DNA from: a virus
Strand: one strand, 5' to 3'
Length of the DNA: 64,000 bases
Virus record (IMG/VR): IMGVR_UViG_3300028103_000009
Shown here: piece by piece, positions 10,601 through 19,335 of the stretch
How positions within the stretch are numbered: the first letter of the stretch is position 1
Layout: every line of letters starts with the position of its first letter
Position numbers and translations under genes: made by a program
The notes under the pieces: generated by a model
Seen by the model: only the letters and a program-made list of their open reading frames with translations
The model's database searches: none
Told to the model about the DNA's origin: nothing

Positions 10601-13600
10601 GACTGGTATTGTTTATGCTCGTCCAGACAGTTATTTCGTACATAGACCATACGACGGCGGAGTACAGTTAGGTACAGGCGGGCCGGCGCATGGTTCTACA
10701 GCCATACGTATGAGTAAAAAATATATCCGTTATCAATCTGGTAAGGGAGTTATGTACAATACTGGTGCTTTATTTGCTCCTAGCTATGACCTAAGAAGTC
10801 TGACAGCTACTAGCACCGCAGTAGGTGCTACAATCACGATGGCCACTGACGATACTGATCACGGTTGTCAAGTAGGTGCGCAGATCGTTATCACAGGAGT
10901 ACAGACTTCAGGATATAATGGAGTATACACTGTCACTAGTATCATCGATGAGCGTACACTACAGTTCATAGGATCACAAACTCTAGGAGCAACCACAGCT
11001 GTTCTAGGAAGCCCATGTCAAATGGCTATCTACAAATGGCATGGTTCTACAGTACGTTCGGGAACATTTGACGATCAAAACGGTATGTTCTGGCAATATG
11101 ATGGTCAAAGGATGGCTGTCGGTAAGCGCAGTTCGACATTCCAGTTGGCAGGAACTATCAACCTTGCTGCCAACTCTAATGCAGTAACAGGAACTAACAC
11201 AAGATTTACACAACAGCTAGCAGTTGGAGATCGTATCGTTATCAAAGGTATGAGCCATGTAGTTTCTGGTATAACCAGCGACACCGCACTAACTGTTACA
11301 CCAGACTATCGTGGGGTTACTAACGTAGTCGGCGGTCGAGCATGTAAGACCATAGACTTGATCATTCCACAAGAATCATGGAACCTAGACCCACTTGACG
11401 GTTCTGGACCATCTGGTTATAATATCGACGTCACTAAGATGCAGATGATTGGTATGCAATGGACCTGGTATGGTGCTGGCTTTGTAGACTTTATGCTGCG
11501 TGGTCCAACTGGTGACTATACATGGGCACATAGATTCCGTAACAGCAACGTAAACGCTGAAGCATACATGCGTACTGGTAACCAACCAGTTCGTTATGAA
11601 GTCATTAATGAAGGTGCTAAAGGAAGACTTTCTGCAGCGATGACTATCAGTCAAACTACAGTACCGATGAGCTCCGATGATTGTTATTGGTTTCCAACCT
11701 CAGGTATTGTTAGCATCGACGGAGAATTGATTAGATTTACTGGCAACAGCGGAACAGCTCTAACTGGTTGTACTCGTGCTGCAACAATGACTCAGTTTGT
11801 GGCTGGATCTAACAGGACATTCTCAGGTGGCGCAGCAGCCACACATAACTCAGGAGCAGGTGTTGTGCTGGTTTCAAGCACAGTTACCCCTATTATTAGC
11901 CACTGGGGCTCGGCATTCATGATCGACGGTCAGTTTGACAGTGACCGTGGTTATCTGTTTAACTATGTGGCTTCCGGTATCACAGTTTCTACAGCTAAGA
12001 CCACGGCATTCCTGATACGTCTAGCACCTAGTGTTTCAAACGCACAGACAGGTGACCTTGGTGAAAGAGAACTATTAAACCGTGCGCAGTTGTTACTACA
12101 GAATATTTCTATTACATCTGATTCAGGAACCACTGGCGGTCTAGTTATTGAAGGAGTTCTAAATCCACAGAACTATCCAACAGATCCTACAAAGATTACA
12201 TGGAACGGTCTAGCATCGAGTGCCGCTGGTGGCCAACCTAGCTTTGCACAAGTAGCTTCAGGCGGTTCTGTAACATGGGGCGGTAACTTCAGCCAGACAA
12301 CTTCTACAGTACAAGGTGCGTTTACCACAACGCTTACAGCCAAGAGCTTTGCGGCATCTACACAGACGTTAACAGCTACTGGTTTTGCTGCGGTTACTAG
12401 AACAGCACAGGCACAGTCATTTGGTACACTAGGACAAAGCGTAACAGCACTTGGTTTTGCCAACGGTCAGCCATATGGTAACAACACTTACGTCAGTGCT
12501 ATCAGTACAGCACGTAACGATTTCTTGATTACCAACACTCAGTACGATGCATTAACATTGGTGCCACAACCAGGTGATGCTGTCACTGGTGCCAACATCG
12601 CTGCTAACTCAGTTATTAGTAGTGTGACCAGAGCCTACAACGGTGGTTTATATACTCGTATCGTAATGGATCGAAACGGTTCGGGAACATCAACCGCTGG
12701 TTCAGGAAATAACGTTCCGGTGACTATCACTACAGCATATTCTTCAACGTATCGTAGCGCATTGAGTACAGCACGTAACGATTTCTTGATTAGCAATACC
12801 GATTATGATACGATACTGGCCAGCACACCGTTGGCTATCGGTGATCCAACCAGTGCTACTACTTATATCACTGGTGGACAAACGGTCACTGGATTTACAA
12901 GAAGTTATATCACTATCAACTCGGTAGCATACACCAGAGTAACTCTAAGTGGTGTGGCTACAGCAACATCACCTGTAGCAGCGACCAACGGTGCTCAAAA
13001 CGTCACAGTAACATTTACTAGCTCTGTGGCGGCTCTGTATAATAATGCTATCAGCAGCACTAGAGCAGACTTCTTGATTCCGCAGAGTCAATACAACGGT
13101 TTTGGTGGAAACTTAAAAGTCACTGACGTTCTAAGTGCTACAACCTATGTCACGGGTGGACAGACTGTTTCCAGTATAACTCAAAACTATACTACTATCA
13201 ATACTACAGTCTATGCACGTATCGTCATGACAGCCAACGGTAATGGTAACAGTCCTGCAGGTGCAAACCCAGTTACTGTTACATCAACATCGGCGTTGAC
13301 AGCAGCCTATGGTTCGGCATTGACAACTGGTCGAAGTGATTTCTTGGTAACAGATACAGAATGGAACGCCTCCGGAATCTTAGCAGGCGATACTCTTTCG
13401 GCTACTACATTTATCACGGGCGGTCAAACCGTTTTATCAGTGACTACCGGCTATGCTGTAATCAGTACAGTTTCATACACTCGAGTCGTAATGAGTGCTA
13501 ACGCTAATGCTAACTCAACCAGCGGTAGCGGTAATGATGTGACTGTGACTGTTACGGCAGCAGGCTCGAGAGCTAGCTACACCAATACTAACTATCTGTT

Positions 13601-14027
13601 CTTTGACAGCACTTCTTGGGCGTCAGGAGGAGCTACTATTGGTACATTCTTAGCGACAACAGTGACTAGCTTCCCAGCTGGTACAGCGGTCGGCGCTATC
13701 AGTACACGTACCTTTGGAGCGACTACGGTGTATCGTGTGTCGTTTACACAGTCATCAAACGCTACCATCAATGCTGCGGCAACGATTACATGGCAGTTTG
13801 GTGCCGCTTATGCGCTACCAGGTGAACAGGTATTCTCATTCATTAGCTTACCAGGCGGATCAGACAGCTTAGATCTATCAGGGTTGAAAGAACTCACATC
13901 AACAAGTATTGGTGGTCGTGGTACCTTTCCGAATGGTCCAGACGTGCTAGCGATCAACGTCTATAAGACATCTGGATCAAATACTACTTCTAACGTGATT
14001 ATCCGTTGGGGTGAGGCACAGGCTTAA
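7659..14027 (+). CDS. Giant (2122 aa) virion structural / fibre or baseplate-associated protein with internal repeats
   Basis: Thr/Gly/Ser-rich beta-type composition, two KCRRD..GGN repeats, four C-terminal ~90-100 aa repeats; GAGGA RBS; structural gene context. Confidence 0.7.
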   Translation: MAKKQISYFKFTPGAVPPAYGQYPNTVALLTANKSFLIEEMNAYITQQIAASQAPFTGYSYTTTRQAKCRRDTGYIIDSIIYDLTYGGNSASYQIASRFYLNSAIQILTPSVEVATYQWLLGKIATNILTNTPYTRLNNVSGATQVTIAGNPAEALGIHGTNVLFNITINAINIGLSSLPTVVAPNPQNGGLAPNTVKLLDDNKRFIQEEVIAYIAYNVANNIAPFAYYTYNAAKCRRDISYMVDAYIHDIASGGNNKTVNYASKYFENGIPQVDGDRQPEVYAHTFLRDLVENYILSNVAFAARQTAVPQVIEPSVPAEVFGATLVSTLANGLIDVLVNGLTALPTKISNRGYVKFPGFYKQKDILLITNTSRNVIMYNFSDPDTAAEVTYDGFYDSDFPAALYGNEKITTVTFDIDTSGMMVTDQIQIFVEGKEQIVHMNNSSSDAMERVKVGIPQSMLDADFEYGLQPTKWQTISMMRNYPSVYEIPGSDLPVSSVVTDASAGTGNIGSSLITVTTVANHGFAVNDVFTIKALAASVKGFSRAEGTFLVASVPSSTTFTYYAKSRVGTSNPTTLSQTYTQLRKAGFYTGASVGTPSFNVYSNGQSGTVTTSLITASGASIIGFTGSAPPAGAPITGTGIPTGSQISSVVGNGGTVTATTLITTAEIGDNTIQVTNTSGITPGLVIDRGDGTSVAVTDITSNTILLSGLLTSQIKGTNETYANIVQSATSGSGSGATFTVSRLGATYQAVIGNNTGNSYVANDTITLPGTSLGGTSPTNNATVTVVTANDLNIPQVLGAVTPGSGGYVDDVNVATAGGTGTGLTVDITTDLGGLVLTAVINTAGKDYTAGDIVTITGGNGDATVQIDTVSPGGEILTFTIAGTPITAPNVTFISAFTINDFTSTSIADASTLNYTSISTLEVTFQTPHGFIPGDSLTIQITSSGSNAQLAAGSYYVEQVPTPTTLRYTARSQGTIANTLTGIVYARPDSYFVHRPYDGGVQLGTGGPAHGSTAIRMSKKYIRYQSGKGVMYNTGALFAPSYDLRSLTATSTAVGATITMATDDTDHGCQVGAQIVITGVQTSGYNGVYTVTSIIDERTLQFIGSQTLGATTAVLGSPCQMAIYKWHGSTVRSGTFDDQNGMFWQYDGQRMAVGKRSSTFQLAGTINLAANSNAVTGTNTRFTQQLAVGDRIVIKGMSHVVSGITSDTALTVTPDYRGVTNVVGGRACKTIDLIIPQESWNLDPLDGSGPSGYNIDVTKMQMIGMQWTWYGAGFVDFMLRGPTGDYTWAHRFRNSNVNAEAYMRTGNQPVRYEVINEGAKGRLSAAMTISQTTVPMSSDDCYWFPTSGIVSIDGELIRFTGNSGTALTGCTRAATMTQFVAGSNRTFSGGAAATHNSGAGVVLVSSTVTPIISHWGSAFMIDGQFDSDRGYLFNYVASGITVSTAKTTAFLIRLAPSVSNAQTGDLGERELLNRAQLLLQNISITSDSGTTGGLVIEGVLNPQNYPTDPTKITWNGLASSAAGGQPSFAQVASGGSVTWGGNFSQTTSTVQGAFTTTLTAKSFAASTQTLTATGFAAVTRTAQAQSFGTLGQSVTALGFANGQPYGNNTYVSAISTARNDFLITNTQYDALTLVPQPGDAVTGANIAANSVISSVTRAYNGGLYTRIVMDRNGSGTSTAGSGNNVPVTITTAYSSTYRSALSTARNDFLISNTDYDTILASTPLAIGDPTSATTYITGGQTVTGFTRSYITINSVAYTRVTLSGVATATSPVAATNGAQNVTVTFTSSVAALYNNAISSTRADFLIPQSQYNGFGGNLKVTDVLSATTYVTGGQTVSSITQNYTTINTTVYARIVMTANGNGNSPAGANPVTVTSTSALTAAYGSALTTGRSDFLVTDTEWNASGILAGDTLSATTFITGGQTVLSVTTGYAVISTVSYTRVVMSANANANSTSGSGNDVTVTVTAAGSRASYTNTNYLFFDSTSWASGGATIGTFLATTVTSFPAGTAVGAISTRTFGATTVYRVSFTQSSNATINAAATITWQFGAAYALPGEQVFSFISLPGGSDSLDLSGLKELTSTSIGGRGTFPNGPDVLAINVYKTSGSNTTSNVIIRWGEAQA
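12495..13560 (+). repeat. Four tandem ~90-100 aa domain repeats within the 2122-aa protein
   Basis: SAISTARNDFLI / SALSTARNDFLI / NAISSTRADFLI / SALTTGRSDFLV; exact 27-bp duplicate agtacagcacgtaacgatttcttgatt at ~12504 and ~12765. Confidence 0.8.
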
Positions 14028-14293
14028 CTTTCACGCCAGACGCTTAGTTTTGTATCTATGCTCTGGCGTAAAGTTTTAATCTTTTCTCTAAGCTCTGTGA
14101 TGAGTTCGTGATTGTTGTTGCCAAACATTAGCTGTTCGTGGGCTTCGTCAATGGCCTGCACCGAAGTCCTTAGAGAAATTAATTCTTGATCTAGCTGAGC
14201 CCGAATCTGGTAATCATTGACTTTTGCTATTTCATTCTTGAATGTTTCGTACTCGTTAAGGAATCTTTCAGATTTAAGCAGAGGTGTAAACAT
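14024..14293 (-). CDS. Hypothetical coiled-coil protein
   Basis: ORF with GGAG RBS, overlapping the upstream gene. Confidence 0.6.
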   Translation of the reverse strand: MFTPLLKSERFLNEYETFKNEIAKVNDYQIRAQLDQELISLRTSVQAIDEAHEQLMFGNNNHELITELREKIKTLRQSIDTKLSVWRES

Positions 14294-14663
14294 CGGCCAT
14301 CTCCATAATAGTTTCTATTTTTGTTCTAATAAGTTGATTATTTAATGTGGACCTGAGTCCAGGATGCAACTGCTTGGGCAATAGATCAAAATCGCACCAA
14401 GCAATAGTTTTAGCTGCCAGTGTCAGGAACTCTTGATCTACAAGACATATGTATGTTCCGTATTCAAACCCTCGATCTTCGCTGAGATAAAGTTCGATAG
14501 GAACGATCTTTCCCTTACTGTAAGTGCTTAACAGATTTTCAGCATCACCTAACAGGCTGTTTTGCCGCGGGAAAGTCGGTACTGTCCATTTTTCATCTTC
14601 CAGTACCATCAATATACGTTTGGTATTTTTGGCTAAAAATAGTAGTCCGGCTCGTTGTTGCAT
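14274..14663 (-). CDS. Degenerate NUDIX-fold-like protein
   Basis: AGLLFLA..TKRIL, YICLVDQEF, AWC...LPKQLHPGL resemble phage NUDIX proteins, but no intact Nudix box. Confidence 0.45.
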   Translation of the reverse strand: MQQRAGLLFLAKNTKRILMVLEDEKWTVPTFPRQNSLLGDAENLLSTYSKGKIVPIELYLSEDRGFEYGTYICLVDQEFLTLAAKTIAWCDFDLLPKQLHPGLRSTLNNQLIRTKIETIMEMADVYTSA

Positions 14664-14670
14664 CAACTAC

Positions 14671-16191
14671 TTATTTAGGATCTAGGTAGAATCCCCAGAA
14701 GTTTGGTTGATATTCGCCTTCAAAGGCCTTGAGCCATTCTGTTCCAGTCCAGCGATATTTGATACCGGTTCTTAGATTCTGTATGATGATTGGAGGAGTA
14801 AAATCGTTAGGATCAAATACTTTAACCCAACGAGATCCATCCCATCTTATAACAGTATTTGCTTTAATCACTGGGTCACTGTCATTGGCATTTTTCCAAC
14901 CATCCGGACCATCATATGAATCGAGACTAGAATCTGTATGTATAGTGCCTCTATTGGGATCAATAAACCCACCTACATTTGCACTATTATTGACATCATC
15001 AAGCATGAGATATCTAAGTGTTGTAGGAATATTTTCAGGAGCCCCGTATACTTCTCTAGGATTAAACTTGTAGGGATCAATAATAGCATCTACTGTTCCT
15101 CTACCAGTTGGATCGATAACTCCGTCGTCGGTGATCAATGTGTTTGCAGGAATCGTATCTGGATCAAATGTGACTACTATGACACTAGGATCTACAGGAT
15201 TGATAGCAAATGGACCTACCATTGTATAACCGGTTGGTTGATCAAAATACATCAGACTACCAGGAGTATATCCTCCCTGCATTTCTAAGATACTGTTCCA
15301 ATCGATAGGTGCTCCAGTCTTTAGCATACGTTGATCTAAGCCCATGCTCAGTATGGCTTGTGTCGGATCAGCGATAGTGACATCATAGTCATAAGGCTGT
15401 CCGTTCTGTGATTTAAACAATAATACTCTATAGTTATTAGTAGTAGTTTGGAACTTGCCCTTGGCTCTATTATAGACCAGACCTTCTAGATTTACAACAT
15501 CGCCGTTTTCGGTAAAGGCATTGTTTATGATTGCCTTGACGATGCCCAATCTCTTAACCTTTGCAGGAGGTGTTAGGTATATGGGCATATCAAAATCTAG
15601 ACTACAGATGTCTATTTCTGTGTCTGCACCTTGTGGAATACTCCTAGAACTAAAAGATATGGCTCCTAGATTCATGACCGTGATGCTGGTCCAATCGACA
15701 TAGTTGTCTGTGGTTTGTATTTCGAGACTAGGATTAAACAACACTAATATTTGTTCTAGTAGTTGTAGTTTTTGATCAGTATTGCTGGTCCATATGTCAG
15801 CTTTCATAGTCAACTTATATGGAGTTGGCATCAACCTTTCGATGGTATAGTTGCCGCCTTGTATATTTTTATATTCAACTAGACCTGTTTCTGTGTCTTT
15901 GGTATAGGCTCGCTCACGTATGTTTACCTTGCTAACAAAAGTAGGGTCAGCTAATCGTTCCTTGTCTATTTCAAGCCCTGTGATGTAACAAGCGATTTTT
16001 GGAACTGTAGGCATTTTATTTTCGCTGTTTTCGCGGATTATGGAAGCTACCATGCGAGTAGGATCTCCATATGCCACTGGTACATATCGTTCTTCTGGAG
16101 TATCACCGCCAGCCTTATATTTGAAGCCCATGAATACTCTCATGAACTGTGTGATATAACGCCTTATCTGTCCGTCGTAGAAATAATCCAT
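14671..16191 (-). CDS. Tail completion / sheath stabiliser (T4 gp15-like) with C-terminal extension
   Basis: YFYDGQIRRYITQF, VPVAYG, MPTPYKL, QLLEQILVLFNPS; neck cluster context. Confidence 0.7.
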   Translation of the reverse strand: MDYFYDGQIRRYITQFMRVFMGFKYKAGGDTPEERYVPVAYGDPTRMVASIIRENSENKMPTVPKIACYITGLEIDKERLADPTFVSKVNIRERAYTKDTETGLVEYKNIQGGNYTIERLMPTPYKLTMKADIWTSNTDQKLQLLEQILVLFNPSLEIQTTDNYVDWTSITVMNLGAISFSSRSIPQGADTEIDICSLDFDMPIYLTPPAKVKRLGIVKAIINNAFTENGDVVNLEGLVYNRAKGKFQTTTNNYRVLLFKSQNGQPYDYDVTIADPTQAILSMGLDQRMLKTGAPIDWNSILEMQGGYTPGSLMYFDQPTGYTMVGPFAINPVDPSVIVVTFDPDTIPANTLITDDGVIDPTGRGTVDAIIDPYKFNPREVYGAPENIPTTLRYLMLDDVNNSANVGGFIDPNRGTIHTDSSLDSYDGPDGWKNANDSDPVIKANTVIRWDGSRWVKVFDPNDFTPPIIIQNLRTGIKYRWTGTEWLKAFEGEYQPNFWGFYLDPK

Positions 16192-17456
16192 TACTCGTCC
16201 GCCTGTGGTCTAAGAGCTTTTGACAAGCTCTGTTTTTCTTTAGTAACATGACCGTTGATCGTATCAGTTTTTGTGTTGTTAATGAAGCTGGTTTTCTGTG
16301 TCTGACGATTGTCTTTGCCTTCGTATCTATCGCCAGTTCCTACATCAGTAGCACCAAGATTGTCCATGGTCATTCTTACATTATCTTCAATCTTGATCCA
16401 ACGTGCTCCGTTGAATCTAAACAATCTATTAGGTAGATAATCTGTACGTAGAGCAAACTGCCCTTCTGTAGGATTTATAGGAAACGCTATGCCAGCAGAG
16501 AATGGAGCACCATTCGCCGGAATACCGTCTTCAAGTAGATATCCTGAATAATCACTATGATCAGCACTCTTGAATATAGTATCGGCAGTCACACTCATGT
16601 ATACTGGCTCACCTGTTTCATCGTAGATGGTATTGCCATTAGTATCGGTAGATGGTATTAACAGCTCACTGGTGCTGTCAACTGTAACTAACGCTGCCTT
16701 CTTAGTATCCGGATCGATCTGTATGGTATAGAACTTACTGGTGTCAAATCCACTCTTAGGTACATCAGCATCTGCCTGATCCATGACAGCTTTAGTGATC
16801 TGCATTTCTTTTTCATAGGTGCTGACAATGTCTCGAAGTGTAGTATTTGTAGGGTTACCAAAAGAATCTGTTTGGATCTGATCCAAGATATCTTTGTATT
16901 CTTGGCTATCAACTAGAGGTTTACATTTAGCACGATATAAATGTGGATACCAAGTAGGACTAAATCCTTCTGCTGCTCGGTTTACATCTTCTACAACATA
17001 GAATCGTTTTAATGCAAACTGTAGATCGTTTAGAGCATATTCATCTTTAAGATGAGGCAGCTCAATAACATCACCTGAGATAATCTTACGGCCAAGTTTT
17101 TCTACAGTATCATTGATATGGAATGTTATAAAAATAGTATCGTTTTGTAAGAAGAGTCCGAACTGACTTAGATTAAAGTCAATGTCTTGTAGATTATAAA
17201 CTCCTCGTAGGACATAAACGTCTGGATCATATTTTCTATCTCTATTTTCCAACAACAGCATGTCCTGTATATTCGTAGGACTTAGGGAGTCATACGTAGG
17301 TGCTGCAGGACTGGCTCCAGCGCCGCTGGTTCCAGAACCTAGATATTTGTGTACGAGTACGTCAGTTCCGCCCACCTGGAACATTTCCCAGATAGTTTTG
17401 TCAAAAAACTTATAATCGTTGCCCTTTTCTGGGCGGTAAAGTGAAAGTCTTGGCAT
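16191..17456 (-). CDS. Neck protein (T4 gp14-like)
   Basis: Start revised to MPRLSLYRPEKG (17456); LSQFGLFLQND, GDVIELPH; between gp13-like and gp15-like genes. Confidence 0.65.
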   Translation of the reverse strand: MPRLSLYRPEKGNDYKFFDKTIWEMFQVGGTDVLVHKYLGSGTSGAGASPAAPTYDSLSPTNIQDMLLLENRDRKYDPDVYVLRGVYNLQDIDFNLSQFGLFLQNDTIFITFHINDTVEKLGRKIISGDVIELPHLKDEYALNDLQFALKRFYVVEDVNRAAEGFSPTWYPHLYRAKCKPLVDSQEYKDILDQIQTDSFGNPTNTTLRDIVSTYEKEMQITKAVMDQADADVPKSGFDTSKFYTIQIDPDTKKAALVTVDSTSELLIPSTDTNGNTIYDETGEPVYMSVTADTIFKSADHSDYSGYLLEDGIPANGAPFSAGIAFPINPTEGQFALRTDYLPNRLFRFNGARWIKIEDNVRMTMDNLGATDVGTGDRYEGKDNRQTQKTSFINNTKTDTINGHVTKEKQSLSKALRPQADE

Positions 17457-17489
17457 AGTACTATATTTACCGCTACGATAAATAACAGT
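17457..17489. promoter_or_regulatory. Back-to-back late-type promoters (TAAATA on each strand)
   Basis: TAAATA at 17464-17469 (-) and 17479-17484 (+), 7 and 5 nt before the ATGs. Confidence 0.7.
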
Positions 17490-18248
17490 ATGAGCCAAAT
17501 CGATACCGCAAGACAATCAGTCTACAACTACTGCAAAACCATGCTAGGCGATGGTATGATAGATGTAGAACTAGATCCTAAACATTATGAAACTGCCCTT
17601 GATAGGGCTATCGCTGTTTTTAGACAAAGGAGCGATAACGCCGTAGAAGAAAGTTATATTTTCTTAGATCTGCTGCCGGATACCAACGAGTACATCTTAC
17701 CAAAAGAGGTACAACAGGTTCGCCAAGTGTTTCGTAGAAGCATCGGAAGCAGGACTGGCTCGGGCGTAGGTGGTACTGTTTTTGAGCCCTTTAACCTAGC
17801 CTATACAAATACCTATTTGTTAAGCTCGACTAATATGGGCGGTTTGCTAACCTACGAGTTATTTGCGCAATATCAAGAACTCGTAGGTAAAATGTTTGGA
17901 GCATTTATCAACTTTACATGGCATCCTCAAAGTCGAAAGTTAGTAATCCAACAGCGTCCTAGGGCTGAGGAGCAGGTGTTATTATGGTGCTACAACACAA
18001 GACCAGACTGGGCAATCATTGACGATGTCTATGCTAGCCAATGGATCAAAGATTATAGCCTAGCTAACTGCAAGCTCATGCTAGGACAAGCACGTGAAAA
18101 GTTTGGGCAGATCGCTGGACCACAAGGCGGAACTCAGCTAAACGGTGCTGCTCTTAAAACAGAAGCTCAAGCTGAAATCGATAAACTCACTGACGATTTG
18201 ATGAAATTGGTGCCCGGCGGTTCTGGTTATACCTGGATTATCGGTTGA
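17490..18248 (+). CDS. Neck protein (T4 gp13-like)
   Basis: LGDGMIDVELD, WIKDYSLA.CK.MLG.AR.KF, GGTQLNG. Confidence 0.8.
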   Translation: MSQIDTARQSVYNYCKTMLGDGMIDVELDPKHYETALDRAIAVFRQRSDNAVEESYIFLDLLPDTNEYILPKEVQQVRQVFRRSIGSRTGSGVGGTVFEPFNLAYTNTYLLSSTNMGGLLTYELFAQYQELVGKMFGAFINFTWHPQSRKLVIQQRPRAEEQVLLWCYNTRPDWAIIDDVYASQWIKDYSLANCKLMLGQAREKFGQIAGPQGGTQLNGAALKTEAQAEIDKLTDDLMKLVPGGSGYTWIIG

Positions 18249-18273
18249 CCTTAGGCTAATACTTGTTTATAAT
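18245..18273 (+). promoter_or_regulatory. sigma70-type promoter for dNMP kinase
   Basis: TTGACC-17-TATAAT. Confidence 0.8.
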
Positions 18274-18293
18274 ATTCTTTATTGGAGAATATT

Positions 18294-18983
18294 ATGATCA
18301 TTGGTATTTGCGGTTTTATCGGTAGCGGCAAAGACACAGTCGCTGACTATCTGGTTAACTTTCACGAGTTCCGTAGAGAAAGTTTTGCTAACACACTAAA
18401 AGATGCTTGTGCAGCCGTTTTTGGATGGGATCGCACACTCTTAGAAGGGCGCACTAAAGAAGCCCGTGAATGGCGAGAACAGGTAGATCCTTGGTGGGCT
18501 GAACGCCTAGATATGCCTACACTTACTCCCCGTTGGGTCCTGCAATACTGGGGAACAGAAGTATGCCGCAAAGGATTCCATGATGATATCTGGATCGCTA
18601 GTCTAGAAAACAAAATCCGTAACTCAAAAGATCACGTAGTTATTTCCGATTGTCGATTTCCTAATGAAATACAAAGCATACGCAACGCAGGTGGCAAGAT
18701 TATCTGGGTACAGCGTGGAGCTCTTCCTGACTGGTATGAAACTGCCGTAGAAGCCAATAAAGGTAGTAATATCGCTATCAATGATCTAAAAATGCGTAAG
18801 ATACATGCGTCAGAAACTGCTTGGGTTGGCACTGATTTTGATAGTATCATTGATAACAACGGATCGCTAGACGATCTTTACACACAGGTTAGAACTCTAG
18901 TAATCAGCGACGAGATCCCCTTGACGCCAAGTAATACCGTCCTTACTGAGTACCTGCGCACAGTTGGCACAGATTGTTTTTAA
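18294..18983 (+). CDS. Deoxynucleoside monophosphate kinase (T4 gp1-like)
   Basis: IIGICGFIGSGKDT P-loop, TPRWVLQYWGTE, ISDCRFPNE, HASE; GGAG RBS. Confidence 0.9.
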   Translation: MIIGICGFIGSGKDTVADYLVNFHEFRRESFANTLKDACAAVFGWDRTLLEGRTKEAREWREQVDPWWAERLDMPTLTPRWVLQYWGTEVCRKGFHDDIWIASLENKIRNSKDHVVISDCRFPNEIQSIRNAGGKIIWVQRGALPDWYETAVEANKGSNIAINDLKMRKIHASETAWVGTDFDSIIDNNGSLDDLYTQVRTLVISDEIPLTPSNTVLTEYLRTVGTDCF

Positions 18984-19232
18984 GTTGCTAGGGCGACAGT
19001 TATTCAGGTCTCCGTCTATATGGAAAACTGAAAAGACCTCTTTGTGTGGACTACGGAATCCGCATTTATCGCACTGTGATTTTTTACGATAACCAGCCCT
19101 ATACCATCTAGGGATTCCGTGGTTGAGCCCGTTAGCCATGCAAACTTCGCATAGGCTTCTATAATATGTACGGCCGTCTCTATGATAGTTGACGGCTCGA
19201 GGTCGTTGTCCGCATTTACAAAGAGGTCTCAC
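18897..19232 (-). CDS. Zn-finger / HNH-like protein
   Basis: CxxC pairs, HIDGDLNNC..NLKTICANC; TAAATA 4 nt before the GTG. Confidence 0.7.
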   Translation of the reverse strand: MRPLCKCGQRPRAVNYHRDGRTYYRSLCEVCMANGLNHGIPRWYRAGYRKKSQCDKCGFRSPHKEVFSVFHIDGDLNNCRPSNLKTICANCAQVLSKDGITWRQGDLVADY

Positions 19233-19335
19233 CCAATATTTAGCCCTTTATGACCCCTTTTTCTTTGGTTGTAACCTAGTGTTTTTCCAATATCCTGGTA
19301 AATACATTGAGCAACTATTACCAGGAGAATAGGGA

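Noticed and set aside
6966-12463. Long antisense ORFs (e.g. 6966..7559, 9476..9835)
   Set aside because: Mirror frames produced by the Thr/Gly/Val codon bias of the fibre genes
12504-12791. 27-bp direct repeat as a diversity-generating retroelement TR/VR or CRISPR repeat
   Set aside because: Only two identical in-frame copies inside protein repeats; no adenine-specific mismatches; no RT or cas genes in the window
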